Part shown: positions 16,703 to 25,929 of the stretch, piece by piece
Layout of the letters: each line of letters opens with the position of its first letter
Position numbering within the stretch: the first letter of the stretch is position 1
Source: Methanobacteriota archaeon
Lineage (GTDB): Archaea; Thermoplasmatota; Poseidoniia; Poseidoniales; Thalassarchaeaceae
Reading direction: 5' to 3'
Assembly (NCBI GenBank): GCA_002730095.1
Contig: PBZE01000044.1
Location: 2,904 to 66,903, forward strand
Length of the DNA: 64,000 nucleotides
Position numbers and translations under genes: made by a program
Notes under the pieces: generated by a model
Told to the model about the DNA's origin: nothing
Database searches by the model: none
Seen by the model: the letters and a program-made list of their open reading frames with translations, nothing else

Positions 16703-17839
16703 ATGTCAGATCTCACTCAATTCATCGAAATCGAGGAATCTCCAAACTCTATGGATTGTGAAGGGTGCATACAGTGTCAAATGGGCAGCAAGCTAGTTCT
16801 TTTCATCACCGGAAATTGTCATTGGAGGTGCGACTACTGCCCCTTATCCGAAACTAGGAGGGATATCGACTTCATGTATGCAAATGAAAGGCCCTGCAAC
16901 AACTTCGATGAAGTCATCGAGGAAGCCAAAGCAATGAGGGCTACAGGAGCCGGAATTACCGGAGGGGATCCTTTGATGGCCAAAGATAGAAGCATAGAAG
17001 GAATAAGGAGGCTCAAGCAAGAATTCGGTGATGCCTTCCATATTCACATGTATACTAGCATTCCATTCAGGGCACAGTGGGCCAAGGAGTTTGCAGATGC
17101 GGGCCTAGATGAGATAAGATTCCACTTCCTAGATCTTTCTAGCAAGGAATATAGGGAGGTAATCAAGGCATGTTATGAAGCAGGAATATTCACTGGCGTC
17201 GAACTCCCATGTGAGCCAGATAAGGAGGATCAGCTTTTACAGATCATTGAGGATCTGAGGGAGTTCGATGTCAGCTTCATGAATCTTAACGAATTAGAGA
17301 TTACAGTAGGTAATCATGAAAATATGGAACTCAGGGGATTCAACCTTTCCACTGAGATAACAGCTGGGGCCGAGGGGTCATCCCAGCTGGCACAATCGAT
17401 CAGAGACAGGGTCATGGCAGCTTCCATAGGGGCGCCCGATCCTATTGATGGCGTCAAGAGGGAACCATATGGGTTCCATCTGAAATACTGCACCTCTTCA
17501 TACAAGGATGCCGGTCAAATGAGGAGGAGATTCATGCGTAGAGGGGAAGCTACAATCTCTCCCCATGAGACATTGAGTGATGACGCCACATTGCTGTTTG
17601 GAGTGGTTTACACCGAAAAGGATCTCCATGAGTCGTGGATATCGGAGATATCCGATTTCACAGGCCTTCCTGCTAGATTCATGTTTTACGATGAAGAAAA
17701 ATCCAGAATAGAGGTCCCGATAGCCGTCGCTGAGCAGATTGCCGGGGAAGTGTCGGCACCTGTTGCAATCGTCGAGGTGACTCCGACTTTCGATAGAACC
17801 GAAGTGATGCTCATATGGCTCAACAGTCACAGAATTTGA
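16703..17839 (+). CDS. Radical SAM protein of unknown function (archaeal PFL-activase-related group)
   Basis: The CHWRCDYC (CX3CX2C) cluster motif is preceded by FITGNC and followed by a GGDPL glycine motif. About 380 aa. The ATG lies 1 nt after the pdxT stop. Confidence 0.75.
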   Translation: MSDLTQFIEIEESPNSMDCEGCIQCQMGSKLVLFITGNCHWRCDYCPLSETRRDIDFMYANERPCNNFDEVIEEAKAMRATGAGITGGDPLMAKDRSIEGIRRLKQEFGDAFHIHMYTSIPFRAQWAKEFADAGLDEIRFHFLDLSSKEYREVIKACYEAGIFTGVELPCEPDKEDQLLQIIEDLREFDVSFMNLNELEITVGNHENMELRGFNLSTEITAGAEGSSQLAQSIRDRVMAASIGAPDPIDGVKREPYGFHLKYCTSSYKDAGQMRRRFMRRGEATISPHETLSDDATLLFGVVYTEKDLHESWISEISDFTGLPARFMFYDEEKSRIEVPIAVAEQIAGEVSAPVAIVEVTPTFDRTEVMLIWLNSHRI

Positions 17840-17879
17840 CTGATGCCGCGTTGGGTTGATACGTCTCTCGCTACTGTAC

Positions 17880-19730
17880 ATGAACGTGCCAGTTAGTGTC
17901 GCTGACCCGGATACGAACATAGCAGACCCATACAGGAGGCTCTCAGCGTCCCAGATGGTGACATGGCAAGCATGTCCAAGGCTTTGGTATTACAATAATA
18001 TCCTGAAGCTAAGAGGGCCACTGCCTCCGCAGATCATCAGGGGTAATGCAGCCGAGTCATGTATTTCGAGAGTAATGAGGGACTCTCCCTCGCTGGTTTC
18101 CAAAGAGTCAGATGATATCCTTAAGTCCCCTATTTTGGATGATGGCAATCCCGCATATGATTTCGATGAGCTGTGGCCATCTCCGTCCATTCAGCCACTA
18201 GATGAATCCGAGTGGCCCAAAGACAGAGCTTCGCTAGAGGAATGGGCTATGGCAAGGGTGGATGCCCACTTCGGCAGGTGCTGGGACGATGCGGTCAAGG
18301 AATGGGAATCCCTCACAAATAGAGTCGGGGAATCGAGTCATGCAGACATGTCTGAATGCCGAATGATGGTGGAGAATGGTATCAGAATGCACATCGATCA
18401 AGTTGAGATGTGCCTCAATAATATCAGCAATGAGCTGTTGGAATCTTGGAGACAGGGGGGAAATCGACCTGAATGGCCTTCTCCAGATGGATTCCCATTG
18501 CTTTGGACAGAACCCCACCCTTGTGCAATGCCTGCTGGAGATGAAGTGACATGGACAGAGTCATGGGAGATATCCCGTCCATGGTTTGTGGACCCCGACG
18601 CAGACTCGTTTACTCAGACTACATCCCATCCAGAGGGATGGTTCCAGGGAGAATACGATCTAGTTTACAGGTGGACGGGAAAGCCATCGGTAATTGACAT
18701 CAAGGCTTCGCAAGGAAAGGGCGATAGATCGGGGGGGTACATCGAGCAGCTACGACTCTACGCTTGGCTTTGGTGGGAGACTCATGGCAGAATTGAGGAA
18801 TTGGAGTCCCTTGGAATCTGGTACCTCGGGCCAGGAATAGTAAAAGAAGTAGTCAAACCAACTCCGGGGGAACTAGAGAAATACTCTCATGAACTCAAGG
18901 GATTATATTCCAAGATACACGCTTCCAGGCCATCACTAACGGACTGTCCAACTACTCCCTCTCCGTTGAGGTACTTCGAGTCCGGAGGAGTTCCGGCAGA
19001 CCCTCCCACTGACTCCGACCACATGGCAAGATGCAAGACCTGTGACCTCAGGGGGATATGTGAAAACGGGAACTATGAACTAGACCTTCCATCCCATACT
19101 AGGATAGAGAGATTCGGTCATTCTTGGCCTATTACCATGATTGCGGACATCAATACTAGAGTAGACGCTACAGGAACCGTCTCCGACCTAAGGGGTCCAT
19201 CGCTAGATGAAAAAGGAGGAGTGGAGCTATCATTCAGACTACAAGATGGATATGATAGAGCCAAAGTTAGAACAAGTAGGTACGGATCCCCCTCCAATGT
19301 CACAAGATCAATTTCCAATGGCTCTAATGTCAGGATTAGGGATGCCATACCTTCCGTTTGGAGAGGAGAGGTGGTTTTGGATATGGACAGTGAGTCATCA
19401 GTCGATTTGGCCGGGGAGGCAGATGTACATCCGATAGTTGAGATCGAAACTAGAATAAATGTGATCGGAAGGATATGGTCAGTCAACGCCTTTCCCGACG
19501 GCCAAGGAGTATCCCGTTGGTCTGTCACACTCGTAGACAGCTCCGGTACCGCAGGTGTAATCGCCTTCAAGCAATTTATTCCAGTTCTGGCAGCTGGACT
19601 TTCTAGGGGTGATGAGATAGCCATACTCAATGGAGAGGTTGGAGAATTCAATGGACTCAAACAAGTAAAGATAGGTCCCAACACAAGAGTTGTTTCAGTA
19701 AGAACTTCTGAGGACGTTCCAGAATTTTGA
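17880..19730 (+). CDS. Cas4/RecB-like PD-(D/E)XK nuclease with a 4-Cys Fe-S motif, fused to C-terminal OB-fold-like repeats
   Basis: N-terminal LSASQMVTWQACPRLWYY (first cluster Cys), YDLVYRW ... VIDIKAS (D ... DxK), EQLRLYAWLW (QxxxY) and CKTCDLRGIC (CX2CX5C). The last ~200 aa contain two beta-rich segments (VDATGTVSDL..., INVIGRIWSV...GVIAFKQ...EIAILNGEVGEFNG) resembling OB folds. Confidence 0.7.
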   Translation: MNVPVSVADPDTNIADPYRRLSASQMVTWQACPRLWYYNNILKLRGPLPPQIIRGNAAESCISRVMRDSPSLVSKESDDILKSPILDDGNPAYDFDELWPSPSIQPLDESEWPKDRASLEEWAMARVDAHFGRCWDDAVKEWESLTNRVGESSHADMSECRMMVENGIRMHIDQVEMCLNNISNELLESWRQGGNRPEWPSPDGFPLLWTEPHPCAMPAGDEVTWTESWEISRPWFVDPDADSFTQTTSHPEGWFQGEYDLVYRWTGKPSVIDIKASQGKGDRSGGYIEQLRLYAWLWWETHGRIEELESLGIWYLGPGIVKEVVKPTPGELEKYSHELKGLYSKIHASRPSLTDCPTTPSPLRYFESGGVPADPPTDSDHMARCKTCDLRGICENGNYELDLPSHTRIERFGHSWPITMIADINTRVDATGTVSDLRGPSLDEKGGVELSFRLQDGYDRAKVRTSRYGSPSNVTRSISNGSNVRIRDAIPSVWRGEVVLDMDSESSVDLAGEADVHPIVEIETRINVIGRIWSVNAFPDGQGVSRWSVTLVDSSGTAGVIAFKQFIPVLAAGLSRGDEIAILNGEVGEFNGLKQVKIGPNTRVVSVRTSEDVPEF

Positions 19731-19816
19731 TGGCGCCGAGAGAGGGATTTGAACCCCCGCGTCCAATGGACAGTGGATTTCGAATCCACCGCAATACCGG
19801 GCTATGCGATCTCGGC
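19731..19816 (-). tRNA. tRNA-Ser (anticodon CGA) with long variable arm, CCA encoded
   Basis: The reverse complement folds as follows. Acceptor GCCGAGA/TCTCGGC. Anticodon stem GTGGA/TCCAC with loop TTCGAAA. Long variable arm GTCC-ATT-GGAC. T arm GGGGG-TTCAAAT-CCCTC. Discriminator G plus CCA. Confidence 0.9.
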
Positions 19817-19870
19817 AGCGTCCGACCCACCAGCGAATCAGAGATAAGGGTGACTGGGTTCGAGAGATGC

Positions 19871-20071
19871 ATGAAGATAGAGGTCAGGAACGGCGACGAA
19901 CTATATTCGGTTGATTCCGAAGTCCCAATTTCCGTAGGATCAGTGCTCGATAGGCTAGGCATAGCTCATTCGACAGTTCTTGCAGTAGTAGGCGATACCA
20001 TCATCCCCCATACGTCAATAATTACCGATGATGCAAGTTTAGAGCTGGTCATCGTTTCAAGTGGGGGTTAG
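19871..20071 (+). CDS. ThiS/MoaD-family ubiquitin-like small protein ending in Gly-Gly (SAMP-like)
   Basis: 66 aa, MKIEVRNGDELY...ELVIVSSGG, with a diglycine C-terminus. Trimmed to ATG 19871 because the upstream part of the listed ORF lies antisense over tRNA-Ser. Confidence 0.7.
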   Translation: MKIEVRNGDELYSVDSEVPISVGSVLDRLGIAHSTVLAVVGDTIIPHTSIITDDASLELVIVSSGG

Positions 20072-20791
20072 TTCCTTCGTAAGAATTGCCCCTGGCTCCA
20101 CAGTCGTCAAATCACTACCTTTCCTGATTAGTACCGCCTTATTTCCTATGAGTTGGAAAAAGTCCCCCTCACTCCTAAGGTACGACCCCTCGTACATTCC
20201 AATCACCGGGTAATCACTCATTTCATGGAACTCACTGATCCGCCTGGCTCTGCTTTCTCCATAGTGTTTGGACAAATCACCTTCTTCGGATTCTCTAAAC
20301 CATAGTCCTCCTGGGTAGTAATGCGGATTAATCTGAAATGGCACCAAACCTAGGGTTTCGAAAGAGGGTACCATCGTTATTGGCATGTCATTGGTTGTCT
20401 GCATTGTTGGACATGCAACATTGGCCCCCGCACTCACGCCAGCGTAGGGCTTTTCTCCGGCGATCACCGACTCCCTGATGGGGCCTATCAGTCCCCGCTG
20501 ATGCAGTTCCCTGACAAGAAGCCAAGTATTTCCACCTCCAACATAGATTCCATCCATATCATCCAATGCAGATACCGGATCATCGAATCGATGAATTCCG
20601 ATTAGGTCAACCTCCCCTCCTGCAAACTCCCTCATCCTCTCTGTGTAGGAGTCATGGTTATTGGAAGCGTATGGAACAAAAGCAACTCTTTCACACTCAG
20701 AGAAGTTCTCACTGATTAATCTCCTATACGTAGATCTTCTCTCATCAGTGCCTATTCCACCACTGCCTAGGAGTAACTTCACAATAATCAC
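20057..20791 (-). CDS. pepE: Peptidase S51 (dipeptidase E-like)
   Basis: VAFVPYA, GIYVGGGNTWLL and GVSAGANVACPT (nucleophile Ser region) are typical of the PepE/cyanophycinase family. Confidence 0.75.
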   Translation of the reverse strand: MIIVKLLLGSGGIGTDERRSTYRRLISENFSECERVAFVPYASNNHDSYTERMREFAGGEVDLIGIHRFDDPVSALDDMDGIYVGGGNTWLLVRELHQRGLIGPIRESVIAGEKPYAGVSAGANVACPTMQTTNDMPITMVPSFETLGLVPFQINPHYYPGGLWFRESEEGDLSKHYGESRARRISEFHEMSDYPVIGMYEGSYLRSEGDFFQLIGNKAVLIRKGSDLTTVEPGAILTKELTPT

Positions 20792-21556
20792 CTAGACGTA
20801 GAAATCACTTGTCTGAGTCGGCTCTTCTAATCCCATCGCCTCCTCTAAAGAGCTCGAGACCTCGTAGCTTTCCATTAATTTTCTAGCAATCTCTTCCGTA
20901 GAGTCCATATCCAAATCAAGCGGCAAATCCAATCCAGTCTCAATCCAATTAGCCAGTCTACTAGCTGCTAAAACATCTGTAGTGGAGCCCACGGTTTCTG
21001 CTACAAGGGCAAAGGTGTTTACCCCAAAAAGAGGGGACATGGAGACAAGTAGCCCTGCTACTCCAATCATTCCGGCCTCCGGCCTCTCTTTGCTGACGGG
21101 TATGTCATTGTCCTCTAGATCCCTCCTTACATTTTCGTCAGCACAGATGACATGGATCCCCCTATCTTCAGTACCAGAAGCCAAACCCGCCAAGACTAGT
21201 AGCATGGGCGTAGAAGAATCAGAGCACATTGTCAAGATCTCCTCCGCAACTTCATTCTGCCCAGATGATGTCATTGGCTGCATCTCCCCTCCAATCACAA
21301 TAACAGTTTGCCCATCTGGTAGTATCACAGATTTTATCTCCATTCGAGGAGGTCTCATCAGCCCATCTGAATCAAAGGTAGAGTGAGGTGGAAAATCATG
21401 ATTTAAGATCCAACCTAGGGTTCTTGAGGGATGTTTTTCTACCAATGAATCAACTAAGATTTTACCTACATTTCCGACACCAGGTACAGCCTCCAGAACC
21501 GCAGAATGCTCGGGCAGACTATCTCCCACAATCCAGTGTACTCTGCTCCTGTTCAT
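20792..21556 (-). CDS. PAC2 (proteasome assembly chaperone 2)-family protein
   Basis: AVPGVGNVGKILVDSL is the PAC2 N-terminal signature. The gene sits in the conserved archaeal position next to nop10 and aIF2-alpha. Confidence 0.75.
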   Translation of the reverse strand: MNRSRVHWIVGDSLPEHSAVLEAVPGVGNVGKILVDSLVEKHPSRTLGWILNHDFPPHSTFDSDGLMRPPRMEIKSVILPDGQTVIVIGGEMQPMTSSGQNEVAEEILTMCSDSSTPMLLVLAGLASGTEDRGIHVICADENVRRDLEDNDIPVSKERPEAGMIGVAGLLVSMSPLFGVNTFALVAETVGSTTDVLAASRLANWIETGLDLPLDLDMDSTEEIARKLMESYEVSSSLEEAMGLEEPTQTSDFYV

Positions 21557-21765
21557 TCCCCTGCCTCCTCATTAGGCGAGGGAAGCGACTCTGCCCACTC
21601 ATCACTCCCTGCATTCTCTCTCTCACGCCTCCTTTTTCCTTGCGGGTCCTCGGGAGAATACTTGAGCGGAGCCGATGAAACCATCACGTCACCACAAACT
21701 TTGCAATTAGGGCCCAAGCCATACGAATCACAGGACTTGCAATACTGCAGTTTGCTTCTTACCAT
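21553..21765 (-). CDS. nop10: H/ACA ribonucleoprotein component Nop10
   Basis: 70 aa. Zinc ribbon CKSC...CKVCG followed by APLKYSPEDPQGKRRR, and the conserved neighbourhood with aIF2-alpha. Confidence 0.8.
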   Translation of the reverse strand: MVRSKLQYCKSCDSYGLGPNCKVCGDVMVSSAPLKYSPEDPQGKRRRERENAGSDEWAESLPSPNEEAGE

Positions 21766-21824
21766 GCCTATCAGGAGTATAGCGGCACCTAGTAGTCAAT
21801 GAACCATCCGGAAGCTTGGCGTCG

Positions 21825-22613
21825 TCAAGTGCGGTCTATTGATAGAGATCCATCCACCGTGGACATACTTTTCTTGACAGCGTCAACAGCGGATTCCCAT
21901 ACTGACTCAGCAGCTTGATAGTCGGGCGCCCTGATATCTATTCGATAGTTAGGGGCGCCATCGTAATGGCAAGAAAGTGTGACCTCTTCTAATCCTTCAG
22001 CACAAGCCTCAGCGTCTAGCAAAGCATCCCTTATTGCATAGACTCCCTCTTCGCCCCAAACCTGAATCTCTAAAACACCCCTAATTTCGACGAATGGGGG
22101 AATGATGTTTTCCATTGCCAGAGATGTAACTACGTCCGTCCAATCTCCTTCAAATCCCGCATCAGTAAGGGCACTCTCACTAATTGCGCACTCTTCTAGA
22201 GCGCCATACAGGGTTCCGAACGTCTCGATCATTGAATTGGAAATTTCCGTACTCTTGTTATCGTCCCAACCCACTCTCTCAGAGGCCACTCTCATTATCT
22301 GATTGGCCCGTTCTTCGTTTTTCCAGGCCTGAACAGTATCACGCCTCCGTTCCTCTGAGACACTTTTCAGAGAGAGCTCAACTCTCTTCCTATCTTTCTT
22401 GACCTGAATTACCTTGGCAACGACCCTCTGTCCCTCTCTGACATGAGCTCTGATATTTCGAACCCATCCCGCGGCAATTTCACCGACAAACACGAATCCC
22501 TCTCTGCCCTCATAGGAATCTAGGCCCAAGTATGCACCATTCTGCTTTATGTCCTTGACAGTGCATATCAGAAGATCACCTTCTTCAGGCCACTCTTCAT
22601 CAATTTCAGTCAT
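21825..22613 (-). CDS. eif2a: Translation initiation factor aIF2 alpha subunit
   Basis: N-terminal S1 domain (EGDLLICTVKDIKQNGAYLGL...GFVFVGEIAAGWVRNIRAHVREGQ...KVIQVKKDRKRVELSLK), followed by helical and alpha-beta domains of the correct length. Confidence 0.9.
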   Translation of the reverse strand: MTEIDEEWPEEGDLLICTVKDIKQNGAYLGLDSYEGREGFVFVGEIAAGWVRNIRAHVREGQRVVAKVIQVKKDRKRVELSLKSVSEERRRDTVQAWKNEERANQIMRVASERVGWDDNKSTEISNSMIETFGTLYGALEECAISESALTDAGFEGDWTDVVTSLAMENIIPPFVEIRGVLEIQVWGEEGVYAIRDALLDAEACAEGLEEVTLSCHYDGAPNYRIDIRAPDYQAAESVWESAVDAVKKSMSTVDGSLSIDRT

Positions 22614-22625
22614 CTAATGCCCCCT

Positions 22626-22808
22626 TCACTCGAGGACATCAACAACGGTACTTCCTGAGAGAACGGCCTTTCCGCCCCTCGGGATAGCAAGCGTAGAACC
22701 ACAAACTGAGCACATGATCTCAGTTGACGCCCGATCAAAAACAATCGACTCTGCCCCGCAGTCTCTACAACTAACTCTCAGAAACTTACCAGACATTCTA
22801 ATCCTCAC
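22626..22808 (-). CDS. rps27e: Ribosomal protein S27e
   Basis: FLRVSCRDCGAESIVFDRASTEIMCSVCGSTLAIPRGGKA. The four-Cys zinc ribbon is intact. Confidence 0.9.
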   Translation of the reverse strand: MRIRMSGKFLRVSCRDCGAESIVFDRASTEIMCSVCGSTLAIPRGGKAVLSGSTVVDVLE

Positions 22809-23095
22809 TTATCAACTAGCTCGAACTTTCGAGCCCTCTTTCCTCTCGGGGAATGAGCCTTCCCCGTTTCGCTACATCTGTAAACCAGATTGACCCTCTT
22901 TGTTGGCTTCTCGCCTGATGGCTTCGGCCTTGGGAATCCTCTGTAACCCGATGTAACCTTACGGAATCTTCTCTGACCCCACTTCAACTCGCTGGCGCGC
23001 CTCTTCTTGACTCGCTCGACGGTGTGCTCGGTGTGCTTGCCTGCGGCAGGACTGTATCTCTTCACCTTCCTTGGCATCTTCACCATAATTTGCAC
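22805..23095 (-). CDS. rpl44e: Ribosomal protein L44e (eL42); zinc-binding cysteines largely replaced
   Basis: MPRKVKRY.P..GKHTEHTV...KWGQRRF...GEKPTKRVNLVYRC.E.GKAH matches L44e. The true start is probably one of the internal Met codons (23086 or 23077). Confidence 0.9.
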   Translation of the reverse strand: MQIMVKMPRKVKRYSPAAGKHTEHTVERVKKRRASELKWGQRRFRKVTSGYRGFPRPKPSGEKPTKRVNLVYRCSETGKAHSPRGKRARKFELVDK

Positions 23096-23229
23096 CTCGT
23101 TGCCTAGTAGCGAGGCGGGCGACCGATGGCCTGTTTATGAAGTCTATCGAGAGAAATACCCTCAGCAAATTAATGAGTTTGCCTCGTCCGAAACAAAATC
23201 AACAATAATCGCCTTCTACTCCGAGGCCT

Positions 23230-23769
23230 GTGACTGATTGGTGGTTACAGTGGTGGATTGCCCTTTTTCTCATCATTTCAGGCTATTTTATGTCTAGGAT
23301 GGGGCCCGCTTTCGAAAGATCGAAACTCGGCGGTTTGATATTCTTATTTGGCCTATTTTTGGCCCTCTTTCCTCCAGGGGGGTTGATGGGCCCAGAAGCC
23401 GCGGCATCAGAATCACTCAGGGCCACCCTTTCTTGGGCAATACCCGGGGCATTGGGGTTATTCATTGCCGCATCAGGTGCGCCGATTTACTATGTTTCAA
23501 ACCTTCCAAGACTTATTTTGGGCTGGATCCTATCATTGTACTCGCTGAGTGTGATGATCGTGGAATGGAATCCCAACACGGGAATGCTTGCCACTACTGT
23601 CTCGTCCGCTGCAGGGGTATTAGTAACGGTCCTGATATATCTTTACTCGATACGGCTAACAGAATCTATGGGCCAAGGCGATGGCGTTACAAAACCTCTT
23701 GAGGATGACGAGATAGAGCACGTCTCGAAAATTCTTTTGGCAAATTTGGACGAGGGGGGCTTACAGTAA
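23230..23769 (+). CDS. Hypothetical multi-pass membrane protein
   Basis: About five hydrophobic helices. GTG start. No family recognised. Confidence 0.45.
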   Translation: MTDWWLQWWIALFLIISGYFMSRMGPAFERSKLGGLIFLFGLFLALFPPGGLMGPEAAASESLRATLSWAIPGALGLFIAASGAPIYYVSNLPRLILGWILSLYSLSVMIVEWNPNTGMLATTVSSAAGVLVTVLIYLYSIRLTESMGQGDGVTKPLEDDEIEHVSKILLANLDEGGLQ

Positions 23770-24081
23770 ATGAGCGAGCTACTCACATTATTTTTTGGCT
23801 CGATGGCCTTGTCAGCCATTGTGATAGTTATCCACATGATTTCTGCATTTCATCCCTACCACAGGCCGACACCGACTCTTGTGGCATCTCTACTGATACT
23901 CTCGCTGGCAGTCTATGCCATGTCAATGATAAATGGAGAGATGAGTTACATGGAGATAATCAGAAAGTCAGTCTCAGAATCAATCTTGTCATTGCTGAAT
24001 ATTCTGCCCCTGATTTACATCTCCATTGCAATTATTCTTGCTAGGGTGTCGGTCTCACAGAGAAAATCAGGCCCCGTCTAG
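23770..24081 (+). CDS. Hypothetical small membrane protein
   Basis: Three hydrophobic helices. The ATG immediately follows the stop of the preceding membrane-protein gene, so the two are likely co-transcribed. Confidence 0.45.
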   Translation: MSELLTLFFGSMALSAIVIVIHMISAFHPYHRPTPTLVASLLILSLAVYAMSMINGEMSYMEIIRKSVSESILSLLNILPLIYISIAIILARVSVSQRKSGPV

Positions 24082-24160
24082 CTTTACTGAATCCCAATTC
24101 ACAGAGGGGAACGCTGATAACACCCATTCCGGTCGCAGCGCCGTCCAATAGGTGGTTCGT

Positions 24161-24343
24161 ATGTCAAAGGGTACTCCAAGTATGGGAAAAAGGCAGAAGT
24201 CTACACACATAAGGTGTAGGAGGTGCGGAAGGCACTCGTTCCACAAGACCAAGGGAGTCTGTTCAAGTTGTGGCTACGGTCAGACTGCCAAGCTAAGGAA
24301 GTATAGATGGAGCAAAAGGAATCGCTCCATGGGCAGCAAGTAA
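24161..24343 (+). CDS. rpl37e: Ribosomal protein L37e
   Basis: [40 protein letters not shown]. The four-Cys zinc ribbon is intact. Confidence 0.9.
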   Translation: MSKGTPSMGKRQKSTHIRCRRCGRHSFHKTKGVCSSCGYGQTAKLRKYRWSKRNRSMGSK

Positions 24344-24392
24344 TTTCACGAAAGGGCTAAGTCCCTCGTCCTCGAGCGGTGTTTGGTAGCCG

Positions 24393-25895
24393 ATGTGCGG
24401 GATCATCGGAATTTTGGCTCATCCCGATTCTCAAGTCGCCCAATCGCTCTATGATGGATTGTTGGTGCTCCAACACAGGGGGCAAGATGCAGCGGGAATT
24501 GTAACAAGTGATCGTGAGAATATTTCTCATAGGAGGGCCAACGGACTAGTGAGGGACGTCTTCAGGTCAAAGCACTCAGAGTCTCTCCGAGGCTCCATGG
24601 GCCTGGGGCATGTTAGGTACCCGACTGCAGGTTCGAGCTCTGTCGCAGAAGCCCAGCCATTCTACACGAATACCCCGTTCGGAGTTAGCTTGGCACACAA
24701 TGGCAATCTGAATAACACTTCAGATATTATCTCCGGGCTTCTGGAGTATGATCATAGGAGGATAAATACAAGTTCAGATTCAGAGGCTTTACTGAATCTC
24801 TTCGCCGCAGAAATCCAAAGATCACTGAACGGAAGGCCTGGTGGACTAGATTCACTCTCCAATGAAGATATTTTCAGAGCAGTGGAAAGACTACACCTCA
24901 GAGCAGAAGGAAGCTACAGTGTAGTGGCCATGATAACGGGATGGGGAATAGTTGCATTCAGGGACCCGAATGGAATTCGGCCGCTTTCAATGGGGAGTCG
25001 TGTCGTAGAAGGATTCACTGAGAGGTTATTTTCATCGGAGAGTGTAGTATGCGATACATTAGGTTTCAAACATGACGGCGACGTACCTCCAGGTGAAGCC
25101 ATTGTTGCGAGGATGGATGGAACCATGTCTTCAAAGCAGTGCTCTAGCGATGTGTTGCATAGTCCCTGCATTTTTGAGCATGTATACTTCGCTAGGCCAG
25201 ACTCAGTAATAGATGGCATTTCAGTTCACTCTTCTAGGATAAGAATGGGTGCTGCATTGGCAAGACGAATCACAGAAGAGTTTCCTGATCATGGCATAGA
25301 GTCAGTTGTTGCTGTCCCCGATAGTGGAAGAATTGCAGCACTGGAACTGGCCAGAGTTTTGGGCATCCCTTACAGAGAAGGATTCGTCAAGAACAGATAC
25401 ATTGGCAGAACTTTCATAATGCCAGGACAGACAGTCAGAAAAGACTCGGTAAGGAAGAAGCTAAACACAATTGAGGAGGAATTTTCAGGTAAGGTAGTAC
25501 TCATAGTGGACGATAGTATAGTCAGAGGAAACACATCCAGAAGAATCGTCACAATGGCCAGAGAAGCAGGTGCAAAGAAGGTGTACTTTGCTTCTTGCTC
25601 TCCTCCAATCGTCCATCCAAATGTCTACGGAATAGATATGCCCGCAAAGTCAGAATACGTTGCATATGGAAGAACGATAGAGCAAATCTCCGAAGCTATA
25701 GGATCGGACTGGATGATCTATCAAAAATTGGAAGACCTAGTACATGCTTGTAAGGGCGATTCAAAATCTGATTTAGCGACATTTGATTGCTCATGCTTCG
25801 ATGGAGTCTATGTCACAGGCGGAATAAATGACGAGTATTTGGAAAGAATCGAGAGGATGAGAAGTGACTCGGCCAAGGAAACGGTCTCAATCTGA
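24393..25895 (+). CDS. purF: Amidophosphoribosyltransferase
   Basis: N-terminal MCGIIGI (Ntn Cys1), RGQDAAGI, a PRTase motif VVLIVDDSIVRGNTS, and C-terminal cysteines. Confidence 0.95.
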   Translation: MCGIIGILAHPDSQVAQSLYDGLLVLQHRGQDAAGIVTSDRENISHRRANGLVRDVFRSKHSESLRGSMGLGHVRYPTAGSSSVAEAQPFYTNTPFGVSLAHNGNLNNTSDIISGLLEYDHRRINTSSDSEALLNLFAAEIQRSLNGRPGGLDSLSNEDIFRAVERLHLRAEGSYSVVAMITGWGIVAFRDPNGIRPLSMGSRVVEGFTERLFSSESVVCDTLGFKHDGDVPPGEAIVARMDGTMSSKQCSSDVLHSPCIFEHVYFARPDSVIDGISVHSSRIRMGAALARRITEEFPDHGIESVVAVPDSGRIAALELARVLGIPYREGFVKNRYIGRTFIMPGQTVRKDSVRKKLNTIEEEFSGKVVLIVDDSIVRGNTSRRIVTMAREAGAKKVYFASCSPPIVHPNVYGIDMPAKSEYVAYGRTIEQISEAIGSDWMIYQKLEDLVHACKGDSKSDLATFDCSCFDGVYVTGGINDEYLERIERMRSDSAKETVSI

Positions 25896-25929
25896 ATATA
25901 GTCAATATCAAGCCTACATCCCTCTTCCT

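Noticed and set aside
19118-19789. 223-aa minus-strand ORF antisense to the nuclease gene and running into tRNA-Ser
   Set aside because: It overlaps a tRNA gene and a motif-supported CDS. No recognisable domain.
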